Positions 52,462-64,000 of a stretch of 64,000 nt of DNA are shown one piece after another (the first letter of the stretch is position 1; every line of letters begins with the position of its first letter). Source of the DNA: Hemiscyllium ocellatum (Eukaryota); NCBI RefSeq assembly GCF_020745735.1, contig NC_083427.1, positions 2,449,438-2,513,437 on the forward strand, given 5' to 3'. The notes under the pieces are model-generated. The model was not told the DNA's origin, ran no database searches, and saw only the letters and a program-made list of their open reading frames with translations. Position numbers and translations under genes: made by a program.

Positions 52462-52619
52462 ATGTGTCTGAAGTAACGGAATGCCCAGAGGACTTAAGCA
52501 TCGAAGAAAACGGACGAGAAAATGTGGATGTACACACCAAAAGTTCATTATCCATCATTACTTTCGTCATCTTGTTTATTCTCAGTATGCTGTCCACCAC
52601 ATTTGTCACTGTGCTAAAG
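52462..52619 (+). CDS. IgNAR: IgNAR transmembrane exon TM1 (reading frame intact, part of pseudogene)
   Basis: Acceptor aattgcag| (phase 1), donor AAG|gtaata. (D)VSEVTECPEDLSIEENGRENVDVHTKSSLSIITFVILFILSMLSTTFVTVLK: an acidic spacer with a Cys followed by an mIg CART-type TM (TF..LF..S......VT..K). Confidence 0.88.
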
Positions 52620-53033
52620 GTAATAACACATTCTAATAGCAGTGTGACATTCTGCAAGTCCACTATATTCGTAGCTGAGATGCTTTTATCTATCTGAAAA
52701 ATAGTTAATCCTATGCAAAAGAAGGACATTGAATTTAACAGATTAACTTCCATCTTGACGAAACGTCATCAACAGCATGATTGCATAGTGGAATGCAGGC
52801 AAACATGAAAAAATGTTGGATTAAGGAACCAAAATGTGTCAGTAATGAAGTAATGCTTAATGGTTAGTGTTGACTCATAAAAGGACAGAAGAAGTTTTAA
52901 AAGAAGAGTCGGTTCATATATATTGTTAATAAGCTTGACGCATTGAAATGTATTTACAACTGACAGTACAAAAGTGAAAAATATATTGAAAGAAGTTCAC
53001 AACTAACTATTCCAAATAATTCTGCACCTTCAG

Positions 53034-53111
53034 GAAGGAATGAGAAAAATATCAGTTAATTATGATCAGTGGCAGATCAGTGTGATAAGATGGGAAGAAG
53101 CATGGAGATGA
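53034..53111 (+). CDS. Candidate terminal (cytoplasmic tail) exon of membrane IgNAR
   Basis: Branch-like AACTAAC 53001-07, acceptor tctgcaccttcag|, phase 0 matching the TM1 donor. Reads EGMRKISVNYDQWQISVIRWEEAWR*, followed by AATAAA at 53159-64. No homology recognised. Confidence 0.35.
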   Translation, partial: EGMRKISVNYDQWQISVIRWEEAWR

Positions 53112-53199
53112 GAGGTGGCTTTACGCTTAATATGCAAGATTCTTCCATGACGTTATAGAATAAATGGAGAAAGGTTTGAAAATGACACAACAGCAGACT

Positions 53200-53365
53200 A
53201 CATCCAACAGGTCTATTTGGAAGCATCAGTTTTCGGAAAGCTGCTCCTTCATCGGAGCAGCGCTCTGAAAGTTAATGCTTCCATGTAAACCTGGTGGACA
53301 ATAATCTGGTATTGTGTGATTTGCAACTTTGCACACCCCAGTCCAACATCGGCACCTCCACATCA
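53200..53365. mobile_element. Shark interspersed repeat (probably Penelope-like terminus)
   Basis: ctgctccttcatc...gctctgaaagttaatgcttcc...acctggtggacaataatctggtattgtgtgattt...cagtccaacatcggcacctcca, recognised from memory as a frequent shark repeat end. Confidence 0.45.
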
Positions 53366-53479
53366 TGAAGAATGATTGTTTGTCCTGGTGGTAGATAAAT
53401 ACAATCACAGAAAACACAAGAGGAACTTCGACCCGTTGAGTCTGCGGTGACCTAACTACTCTAATCCCACTTTCCCGCA

Positions 53480-53960
53480 TTTGCATTGAATGTTATGATA
53501 CTTGAAGTATTCATCCATGTTCACAATTAAATTCTGTAAAGTTTTTCGCTTCTACTAAGCTCAGAGGCAGTGGATTCCAAATGCCCACTGCCGTCTGGTT
53601 GAACAAATATTTAATGAAATTCTATCTAATACACTTGCCCTTCATTTTCAATTATGTCCTTTCCTGAGTGAACATTCATCTAAAGAAAATGAGTTTCCAG
53701 TCGACCCTGTCCAGGCTGCTTTAGTCATATATATATCTCAATCTCATCACCCATCAGTTTTCTCTGTTCATTGGACATCAACTAGGATGCATATAGCATC
53801 TGTTCACATCTAGAGCTCTCCACCTCTGCATTATCTTCACCAAACTCCCTCCAATTCAAGAACATTCTTCCTATAATGTTGTGAACGCAACTACACATAG
53901 GAATTCAGCTGTGCCTTAACCAAGGGTTTGTATAGCTCCAGAATAACAGCCCTGGTCTTA
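53480..53960 (-). mobile_element. CR1-like LINE 3' fragment
   Basis: ggattccaaatgcccactgccgtctggttgaacaaatattt and tgtgaacgcaactacacataggaattcagctgtgccttaacc are reverse complements of CR1 C-terminal motifs. Confidence 0.7.
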
Positions 53961-54547
53961 CATCTATACAACGTACTCTGACTGAAGAAAGGGTCCAGAA
54001 TAACTTATTGAAAATAAAATGGCCCTCGACTTCGACGCAATCTTGACGAGGCAGGTTGATTATATCCAACATCCTTTATATGATGAAATGATTCATCATT
54101 TCACGCCCTAATTTGTTAGTGCTGATTAATACTATTATCGCTCAGACTTCTGTACCGTGTGCCCATTATCGTCATTAAATAATATTTGATAATGATGATG
54201 GATTTGCCTCTTCAATAAATCAATATCATTACTTCAGGGGTTATCCAGATTCAGTGCATTTCTCTCAGAGCTAATTTCAGCCACCCTCGGTAATTCACTT
54301 TCACAGAAATTCACCATGAACACTGCAATCAGCCAACATTCATTGATCTTTTTTCAGGCACGACATAGTTCTGGTGGTTGTGTTATGTATGCACTATGAC
54401 CAATATATCCTTCTTCTTGTGTGGCCTCTGCAACCAAACGCAAAGTGAAAAGTTCATTGTAACTGTAACAGGATGCCCGCATTTTGTTTCCCACTCACAG
54501 CATTAAATTACAAATCAGTAATCTATTAATCAAAAATAATACAGAGT

Positions 54548-54660
54548 TTCTGAAAAAAGGTCACTGCAACTAGTGTTAAATTTGCTTTCTCTGTGCAGAT
54601 GCTACCAGAGCTGACGAGCTTTTTCCATCAGTTTCTCTTTTTGCTTATGATTTCCAGTCT
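54548..54660 (+). mobile_element. Penelope-like terminal fragment
   Basis: aaaggtcactgcaactagtgttaaatttgctttctctgtgcagatgctaccagagctgacgagc, the same motif as 45320-45432. Confidence 0.5.
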
Positions 54661-57600
54661 TCCCTGATCACCAGTCATTTTTTCACTGATGAAAATGTTC
54701 TGTATGGGAAAAAAAAATCTCGCACTGCAATTACTTGCGAAGCAAGTAGGTGACGACCTCATTTCACAGGGCAACCGTTTAAAATAGAGAAGAGGTTTCA
54801 TAGTTTTTTTTAAAATATTCAAGAAGTGTTCAAGAAACTTATTATAATTATTTAATTTTAACCTCTTTTCTTAAATGATACACACACACAGGCATACGGT
54901 GTCTTCAGTTCATTCTTTCAGCTTTGCTAGAACATTGAAAACAGTTTTTCTTTCCCAGAAAGTTCCCGCTCTAACTTGAGAAAATGAATTGTCAAAAGTT
55001 GGTCGTTAAATGCTGCAGGGTGTGCTTTTACATTTTTTCCATTAGCTGACCTCTGAAACATATTATTTCACCAGCATTATTGCACTAATGATCACGTTGT
55101 CAACTGCAAGGTCAGTTTTCAGTGAGGCTGTTTCAATTTGCAGGCAGAATGATGATGTAGAGTGAAAATAATTAATTTAATTCATTTAATAACAGGAATT
55201 ATAATTTGCTGATGATTTGAACTCAAACTTGATCTGTCTTCGTTAACTGTAAACAAACTTATCTTTGCTCACATGGGCCTGGATCTAACTTTATTTCTTT
55301 GTACTGGTTTGATTTTCTAAATTGCAAGAGAATTTCTCTGCACAGTATTTGCATTGCAACTGAACTTAATCTTTTCTGAAAACATCAATCTATGCTCCAA
55401 TTGTTTCTCTTCCAACTCCACATTGTTCCTTGTTCTTTGCATACTTGAAAAAATGTCGAACCAGAATTGATATTACCTGGTAACGGGTCAATCGTTTCCA
55501 GATCATAAAACAGAACTCCCGATTTCATAAATATAGTCTGCTATTTGAATTCTGCCGATGTTTCAGATTATTAAACATGCTTACACGTTTTCTGACTAAA
55601 TTATGGGGCGTTTGCTCCTTGTAAGTGAATTCAACATCACTGCTGAAAACCATTACATCTGATTCCACTGAAAGCTTGTGAATGAAGCTCCATCAGATGC
55701 TGATTGCAAATGGTACTGCATTGACTTTCTCTCTCAAATACAACGGCTGTTCCACAGCATCAGTTCAACGTGCCTTTCTGTGTAGTCTCAACAAAGGAAT
55801 GGGAATTGCTTGCATGTTTTCCGTCATTAATGTTTGCATTCACGCTTTTTTTTTGAATGTTGGTGTTAAAGAAATTCCTAGTAACAGCTACAAACTGAGG
55901 AAATTATATAAGCTGCAGACAAATTTTTGAAAGTTGCCAATTGTGAGTAACATTTTCAAAAGGTAAAAGTGTTTCTTATGTAACTCACTTGTTAAAGATG
56001 GCTTCAATGCATCTTTGAGACGAGTAACCAGAGAAACTTTCCAAACAGATACGCGGTCAAACATATAATTCTTACCCAAAAGCATTAGATAGATAAAAGC
56101 CCATTGATTTAACAGAAGATCGAGTCATTACTACAAATGCAGAAAGTGCATTATCAAGAAATAGTGTTTGAAAAGACTTGAAAAGAAACCTGCAAGTGTG
56201 AGCATTCTTTTCACCACTGCTGTTATTAATTACCTGACAGTGCGAGCCAAAGATTTCCTCTGTTTGGCATTTTTATTTGCTGTACACTAATGTTATCAGT
56301 GCTGACTGTGAGTAATCGTTTCATTTGCTGAAAGTAACTGAGGTAATTCTTAAGAATATCTTTAAGATATTTCGAGATACAGAGCCCAGAGAACACTTTA
56401 TACAAAGTCATGAGTGTAGCATCCAATTTAATTCCACCTTGAAACAGTCCCAGACCTTCACATTCTCGTAGAAATCTAATGGATACTGCACACTGCCACT
56501 ACTATCAGTAACGACATATATGCAGAAATGCATTGCAAATATAATTCGTTCTTTCAAACCATGGTTACGAATTACCAGCAACATTGTTGTTATGAGATAA
56601 TAGTGGTTCAAAATCAATTTCACGAAGGACTATTTTCCAACATATTATAAAATGATTGTCTCTCTACTAACAATGACAAAATAAGTCAACTCGATACCAA
56701 GTGCTGTGTAACATCATAGTTAACATTTAAATGACAGATTTCGCAAACATTTCAATTTGCAATGAAAATGACTCATTATAAGAAAATAAATTTCGTTTTG
56801 AGTGCGTCAGGGATTCATTCGTGAAACGAATGGGCCATTCAAACACTTGTAACACCTTTATTATTTGTTTGCTCAGTACCTCTGTCCCCATGCGTTTTTC
56901 CGAGCTTTTGAATTAAGCTTATTAACAATACCATAATCATTGTGATTTTCATTTAAAAACACATGATTTGTCAGAAACAGTAGAAACGTGCACGCACCAA
57001 GTTTCTGCCACCAAGAGATGTCTCTGTTGTATTCTCATTTAATTATTTTGTTATATTCTGTCAAAGCAGAAGTTTGAATTATACTTGCTATTACCTGCTC
57101 CATATTGCCATTCACTTATGTTTTGCTGAAATCCTGGCCTGAAATCCAACATATCTTTTCGAAAGGGAATTTAATTGAGTTCTTTCCAATGTCTACGTTA
57201 ATAATCGCCTGTGTTCGCCTCATAAATGATGTTCCTTTTGCAAATAAAGTCAAATTACTCAGTTTTTTTTTAATTTAGCAACCATCGTTCAGAGCTTTAT
57301 TCATTTACTTTCGATGTTTACTGGCAGTAGCACATGACAGATTGAATCGATAATTATTTCTGTGAATGGGCAGGACTACCAGCTCTTATTGTCCAACTGT
57401 AATCCCTCCTTGCGAGATTATATTTTGATTCTGTCTGCGACAATCAATGTTATATAGGGGATTGCAAAAAACATGTCAGAATGGTAAGTGAATTGAAGGG
57501 GAATCGGCACTCGCTGGCTGATCCCATGCAACTAATAACGTTGGACTTCCAGTGTGAAGAGCAACGTTGTTCGGAATTTATCATACAACAAAGAAAAGGG

Positions 57601-60249
57601 ATATAATGTTATTGAATTATTGTGACAACGTTTACTCATCAACGGCATCCAGTCTTCAGTTCTTCATTCTTCATGAAAGAAGGAAATAATAACATCTCTC
57701 TGTACTGAATTGGACGCTCCATTCAGTAATAAATGAATCAATTGTTGAAAACTAATTAACACACCCTGAAACCTTGGCACTAGATATTATGGATCGTGTT
57801 TAATTAATTATTATACATTTTATGAATGCAATTGCGTTTATCTTTGGGAGAACGCAGAGCTTTGGAATTCTGCAATGGGTCATTCCTGACTTCCAAATGC
57901 TGAAGTGTCAGATCAATAGATTTGGCCCCAGCTGAGATACCGCTGTACCAGAACCGATATTTAAAATTATTTTAAATGTATTTGGAACAATCTGATAAGA
58001 TGCCACCCAAAAATACTACTGCAATTAGCCACATTGTCAATTTTCAGTAGCCTTAGACACATCGTCAATTTCAAATGGCACATCTTGCAATGACAAGAAA
58101 GGCTGAGAGTCCAAAGACTTCTTGTCATCATTAATAAGCTCAGTCTTTCTGTAATCCCTCACTACCTTATTCCGTAGTTTTAAGGCAGGCCGCACGTTAG
58201 CTGTTTTCAACATCCTAAAGTTTGCAAAATAGGTTCATTTCATGCATTTTCTGAGCATTGCAAATGATTCATAAACACTTGCATCAACGTAATAACAGAT
58301 GGAAAATGGTATCAATCTACAAAATCAAATTTGAGTCAGTGATTGGCGGTAGTAATTGGCTATGCATTCTTCAAACATAGTCAACGTTATGGGAACAGGT
58401 CAAAGTGATTGTCCATTATCCATCATGCGAACAAAATCGTCAATATTATACATGAAATGGCTTCCCATGGTTATCATATTTTAGAAGAATGTGGGCACAA
58501 GTGACCTAACATTGGGATTCGGAGAAGTGATTTTAAAACCGTACAGAGTCCAAGAACACAAGTGCAAAACAACTGAATGGGTAACATCAATTTCCGTAAT
58601 CTGAAAACAATGCAAATAAATTTAAGGAACAGTGAGATTGAATCTACCGTGCCATGTCACTGATTGGGGTGAGGGTCAGATTATGCTAATCATTGTCCGG
58701 TTTCATCAAACTGTTTCTTACAAATTATAGAAGACAAACGACAACAAGCTAGCAGATGTGCCACACACAATTCGATCCTTCATTTCTTGCAGTGAAACTG
58801 GCGAATTCAGTTCAGTAATTCAAAAGCGAAAATCAATTAAAATTGTTCAGCTTTTTATTGCAGAAGATACCTTAACTCCACGATTTTTTATATACTTCGA
58901 ATCTAAGCCATATGGTGCTGCATAATCAGAAATCAGTTCATAATTTGTTGCCATAGTCCACTTCTGTAAATGAGAATGGGCTCACGGAACAGCAATTCAC
59001 TACACCTAGAAACTAACACTAGCTATTGCATGTCTGAGGAACAGGAGAAGGCATCTCAGATTGTAGAGACAGTACATATGTTCAGTTAGGTCGCAAATAA
59101 TCTCTCACAAAAAAAACCTTAATTCTATATTCCTTGACAGCTTTGATAACACATATCCATCGGTCTCATTGGGAAAGCTTAACTCCCCAGTAGCTATTAG
59201 CTGTTGAGACTTAATGGCACAATGTGTGAGATAATTGTTTCCAATTTAGTTCCAGAGTGGCAAATGTACAATTTAATCAATCACGAGCTTAGTCTGTAAT
59301 AGCGAAGTCAAATCTGCTGCATGCAACCATTCATCAATCTAATATTTACATCAGATCACTACTAATCCATCTAAACTTAAGAGAGCACACCCAGGTCTTC
59401 CAAACGTATTACCAACATTTAAGTATTTGAAGACTGTTCTCAGTGTATTACTTTTGCAGAATCGAGGTTCAAGACAGACCTTTTAGAGAGTCCTACACGT
59501 GGATAGCTTCTTTGTTCTGCAAAATTATACGCATAGAATTTATTTTGATTTAGACATTGCGAAAGATATTTTTTTTAAATCGGGGAGGCGAGTTTTGTTT
59601 TACACAGAGTTCCATGTCTGGAATTTTTGGAGAAGCCTCCACATGGACGAATCTGCAGTGCGTTTCTTTTTCATCAGAAGTTTGAAAACTGGCTGTTCGA
59701 CGAACTCCACAGGTGTCGTTTTCATTCATTCATTTAACTACGTGGTGATTTTATTTAAGATTAATACATCTGATTTTTAAAAAGTTCTTATTTTCTGCAT
59801 GCTTACTATTCCTCTTTGGTGCAGAAAAATCGTTTATTTTGTGTTCAAAGATTCAGTGAAAACTACTTTTCTTAAGATTAATGACGTCTAGAAAATATAA
59901 TAGACAGAGATTGTAGGCTAATTGATTTAAAGAAGTGATTAAACAACAAGATCACTCAGAGAAATCGGTAACTGTCAAGAAAGGTAAGAAGTCACTTCAG
60001 AATTGTCTTGTGGCTTTTTCTCTCTCAACCATATTCTCAGTTTTGGGCACTTTGGAATGTATAGTCTCTGCAACGAAAATAGATGAGCAATGAAATTTTG
60101 GACATGGAGACTGAAACGTATGATAAAATTAAAATAATCACGTTTAAAGGACTGTGCACGTGAATGTCAGATAGATGGATGTTTTCCTCACGCCAAGATT
60201 AAGGAAATCTCAAATCTTTGAAGCTTAATATTGAAGGGAGAGTGAGAAA

Positions 60250-62830
60250 CTGGAAGTTATTGCAGGCATCTGTAAGAATAAAATAATCAAGAGTGTATAT
60301 GACAGCTTAAGTAGATGATTGCGAAACAGAACGTTACATGTAGTAATCTCTGGTTTTCTCAAATGAAAAAAAGAATTAAAGGATAAAGGGGAAAATCAAT
60401 GGCTGAAGAGGGTGTAATGTTCATGGATTTGGGTTTGTGGAACCTTGACATCTCTTCGGGGGCAAAAAAAAGTCCTGCTTAAATAGGATGGTTTTAACTA
60501 TACTGGAAAGGAACGATTATTCTTGTGGGAAGATTTGTAAATTATATTAAGGGATACTGTAAACTGTTAGAGAGAGGGGGTGAAGGGATCCTACGTAGAG
60601 AGTAAATAGAGAGGTAGATGAGGATGGATTTAAATCTGAAAACAACAAATGGATTATAGAAGGCAGAAAAAACAAGACAAAGAACAAAAGAACTCTGAAT
60701 AATTAATTTGCATTTATTTCAATGGAAGGCAACTCACAAGTAGGGCTGATGATTTGGCAACATCGCATTGGGGCGTCATACCTCTGACAGAAACCTTGTG
60801 GGATGGACTGTCTGATAGCTCAATGTTTTGGATCACAGAAGATGCAGCAAGTTATGACAGAGAGGCAAAATAGGTGAGGGACCAGTGTTTTGATTATGGA
60901 AAACATTGCTGTGGTATCTAGAGAAGACGTTTCTGAGCAATCTTCTGGTTAAAATATAAGAGTTAGAATTAGACATAAAAGAAGGTACGATAATCCTGAT
61001 GAATTTGTACTGTAGATCTTGAAGCAGTCAGAGGAAAATGTCGTAATAAAACGTCGAGTGATCTTAGGTCTATGTAAGAATAATAAGGTCAAAATAGCAG
61101 ATGATTTTAAATTTCCTTAACAATGATTGGGACTACCATAGTGTTAAAGGTTTAGATGGTGAAGAATTTGTTATATGTGATAAACAAAATTCTTCTTATC
61201 AGTAAGTGAATGTTCCTCCTACAGAAGGAGCAAAAGTGACCTTAGCTTGGGTAAAAAGAAACAGGGCAAGTATCAAAACTATGTGTAGGAGAACATTTGG
61301 GATCTCGTGATCATTATTCTACATATGTTTAGTAGTTATGGAAAAGGACCATTCTTTCATGAAATAAATGCATATTTATTTGGAGAAAGGCAAATATTCC
61401 TGGCATGAGACAAGAGCTTTCAAAAATTGAATGGAGTCGACTGTTCGTTAGTGAAGGGATGTCTGATAGGAAGTAGGAGGCATTCAAAAATGTGATGTCG
61501 AGAGTTAAGAGTTGTTACAATCCAATTAGAGTGAAAGGCAAGTGTTGGAGAATGAGAAAACAATGAATGTTATAACATATTGAGTCAAGAATAATAAAGC
61601 CAAATATTGAACATAAACAACTGGGTTCCAATAAATCTCTTGAACAGTGTAAAGAATGACGAGGCATTTTTTAGGCTGGAGATCACGAAGGCAAATAGAG
61701 CATATGGGATATCCTGAGTACGTATGGTTAAGGCTATCCAAAAAATATTCTGCAAGTCTATTAAGAAGAAAAGAACAACTAGGTTGAAAGTTAATTTAAA
61801 CATTAACGAGGTTTCCTTGTGTTGAACCTCAGGAAATGGGACAGATATGAAATGAATATTATCTACCAGTTTTCTTCCTGTGGAGATTAACAATAGATAG
61901 CAGAAAACTTCAAAAAATAAATATTGTTTTTTGAAAACATTCATCAACAGAAGGGGAAGACTGGATGTCTTAGACAATATAATTTTGGTTAAATCTCAGG
62001 GACCATATCTCGTGTATCCAAGGACATTGTGGGAAGATGAGGGAGGAAACCGCTGAGGTTCTTGCAGAAGCATTTCTATTGGATATAAATACGGTTGAGC
62101 TGCCGAATGACTAGAGATTGAATAAGGTTTTTCATTTTTTTTAAATCAGGGATTTCAGTTGAAACCTGGGAACTATTGACCTATACGCCTGACAGATACG
62201 GTTTTGGGGCATAAATCTTTGAAGTTTGCTTCACATATTGATAAGGTTGTTCAGAAGACGTTTGTCATGTTTGTATTCATTGCTCAGACCTTTACGTATA
62301 TGGGTTGGGATATTTTGGTAAGATTGTGTTGCACATTCGTGAGGATTCCTCTGGATAACTGTGTCCAGGTCTGATCTCTCCACAGAAAGAATAGCAGCAT
62401 CATGCTGGAGAGGATTCAAAAGAAATTAACAAAGACGTTGCCTGGAATAAAGTGTTTGCATTTGACTGAGAGGCTGGATAGGCTGGAATGTTTTTCCTTT
62501 GAACGTAGGAGATTGCAAGGTGCCCTTATACAGATTTATAAAAGCTTGAGGGGTATGGGTAATGTTAACAGCAGGTGTCTTTTCGATCGGGTGGTGGATT
62601 TCAAGACTGGAGGGCATATTTTTAAGGTGAGAAGCAAAACATTCGGAAAAGACATAAGAAGAAACTCATTTACACCGAGACTGGTTCTTGTGTGGGATGA
62701 ATATCAAGGGGAAGTGTTGAATGACGTTTCTAAGACACTTAGACACGCACATAAATAAGAAGTGTTTGGAAGGATACGAGGAGAACACAGCCAAGTCGAC
62801 TAGTTCAGTTTGGGGTTACGTTCAGCTTTC
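60250..62830 (+). mobile_element. Decayed CR1-like LINE including endonuclease start and 3' end
   Basis: ttaatttgcatttatttcaatggaagg (LxCIYFNAR-like APE start, ~60700); ORF 62402-62758 LERIQKKLTKTLPG...FSFERRRLQG. Large internal loss in the RT region. Confidence 0.85.
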
Positions 62831-63075
62831 CCGTGGCAAATCGAAATGCTGCAAGACACACAGATGAAGCAACGAATGTTTATTCAAACTTGCAAGTTTG
62901 GGCTTCTTCCAAAAGAAATGGGAAGGTCGCAACGAAAGGTTTACAGCAGTAATATTTATACATTATTCTTACATTTGAAAACATTAGTAACAATTCCATT
63001 GGTTAAAACATTTCACGCTTCTCTCTGCCAATTTTTAATTATCTGTATGTTCTTAAACATTATATTGTTTTTAAC

Positions 63076-63195
63076 AATTCTGCTGGCTAATGTTAATTCT
63101 GCTGGCTAATGTTTCTAATATCCTAAAGGACTTCTATTGTACTCAGGACATCTGTATCTTAATCATTACATCATTTCAACAATTCTGCTGGCTAA
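63076..63195. repeat. Short tandem duplication
   Basis: aattctgctggctaatgtt occurs twice (63076-63113), with a third partial copy at 63181-63195. Confidence 0.85.
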
Positions 63196-63487
63196 AGCAT
63201 TCTTTGATTATCTGTATTTTTTACATTCTGAAGGCTTCCATTGTTTCTTGCTCAAGGTTACTTAGCTTCACAACAGCCCAGCTTCAATCAATAACCCATG
63301 TCAGCTTCATCCAAGGTCACAATCCGCCATGTTTTTGACATAACAGTTCTTTCAAGTTCCTTCATGTTTCCAAGCAGACCTGCTTGCTTTTTAGTCTCAC
63401 AGTTAGCCCTTACTTATTAATCCTTAGTTAAACTGCAAAAATTACCTCACTGTGATGTGTGTGAGTGTGAGAGTGTGTGTGTGATGT

Positions 63488-63811
63488 NNNNNNNNNNNNN
63501 NNNNNNNNNNNNNNNNNNNNNNNNNNNNNNNNNNNNNNNNNNNNNNNNNNNNNNNNNNNNNNNNNNNNNNNNNNNNNNNNNNNNNNNNNNNNNNNNNNNN
63601 NNNNNNNNNNNNNNNNNNNNNNNNNNNNNNNNNNNNNNNNNNNNNNNNNNNNNNNNNNNNNNNNNNNNNNNNNNNNNNNNNNNNNNNNNNNNNNNNNNNN
63701 NNNNNNNNNNNNNNNNNNNNNNNNNNNNNNNNNNNNNNNNNNNNNNNNNNNNNNNNNNNNNNNNNNNNNNNNNNNNNNNNNNNNNNNNNNNNNNNNNNNN
63801 NNNNNNNNNNN
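63488..63811. other. Assembly gap (N) next to a (TG)n repeat
   Basis: N run. Confidence 1.
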
Positions 63812-64000
63812 ACATTACCCATATCAAGATGAGAGGGGAAAGATTTAAAAAGGATCCAAGCGGCAACCTTTTCATGCAGACAGGACTGCGTGTATGGAAT
63901 GAGTTGCCAGAGGAAGTGGTGGAGGCTAATACAAATCATAACATTTAAAAGGGACCTGGATGAGTATATGAATAGGAGAGGCTTTGATGGATATAGGCCA
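63812..64000 (+). mobile_element. CR1-like LINE 3' fragment
   Basis: MRGERFKKDPSGNLFMQTGLRVWNELPEEVVEA. Confidence 0.85.

Overview
Eukaryotic DNA from a cartilaginous fish. The HE1-type V-SINEs, CR1/HER1-like LINEs and IgNAR exons point to a carpet shark such as Chiloscyllium (inference). The only clearly recognisable gene is a + strand IgNAR heavy-chain constant region: C2 (37385-37681), C3 (37762-38081), C4 (41712-42033), C5 plus secretory tail (43195-43570), an intact transmembrane exon (52462-52619) and a candidate cytoplasmic exon (53034-53111). Every C exon carries stops, frameshifts or splice-site lesions, so it is a pseudogene. I could not find leader, VNAR, D, J, RSSs or C1 in the 37 kb upstream, so it looks like a 5'-truncated (orphan) cluster. 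A decayed single-exon GPR35/GPR55/P2Y-like GPCR pseudogene lies at ~12075-12990. A speculative leader-intron-V-like relic lies on the minus strand at ~411-849. The remainder is mostly decayed retroelements (CR1, L2-like, Rex1/Babar, Penelope-like, HE1 SINE), simple repeats and three assembly gaps. All family assignments rest on remembered motifs, not database searches, and repeat boundaries are approximate. I see no convincing wholly new biological system; the interesting points concern how this IgNAR copy was broken and what splice products might survive.
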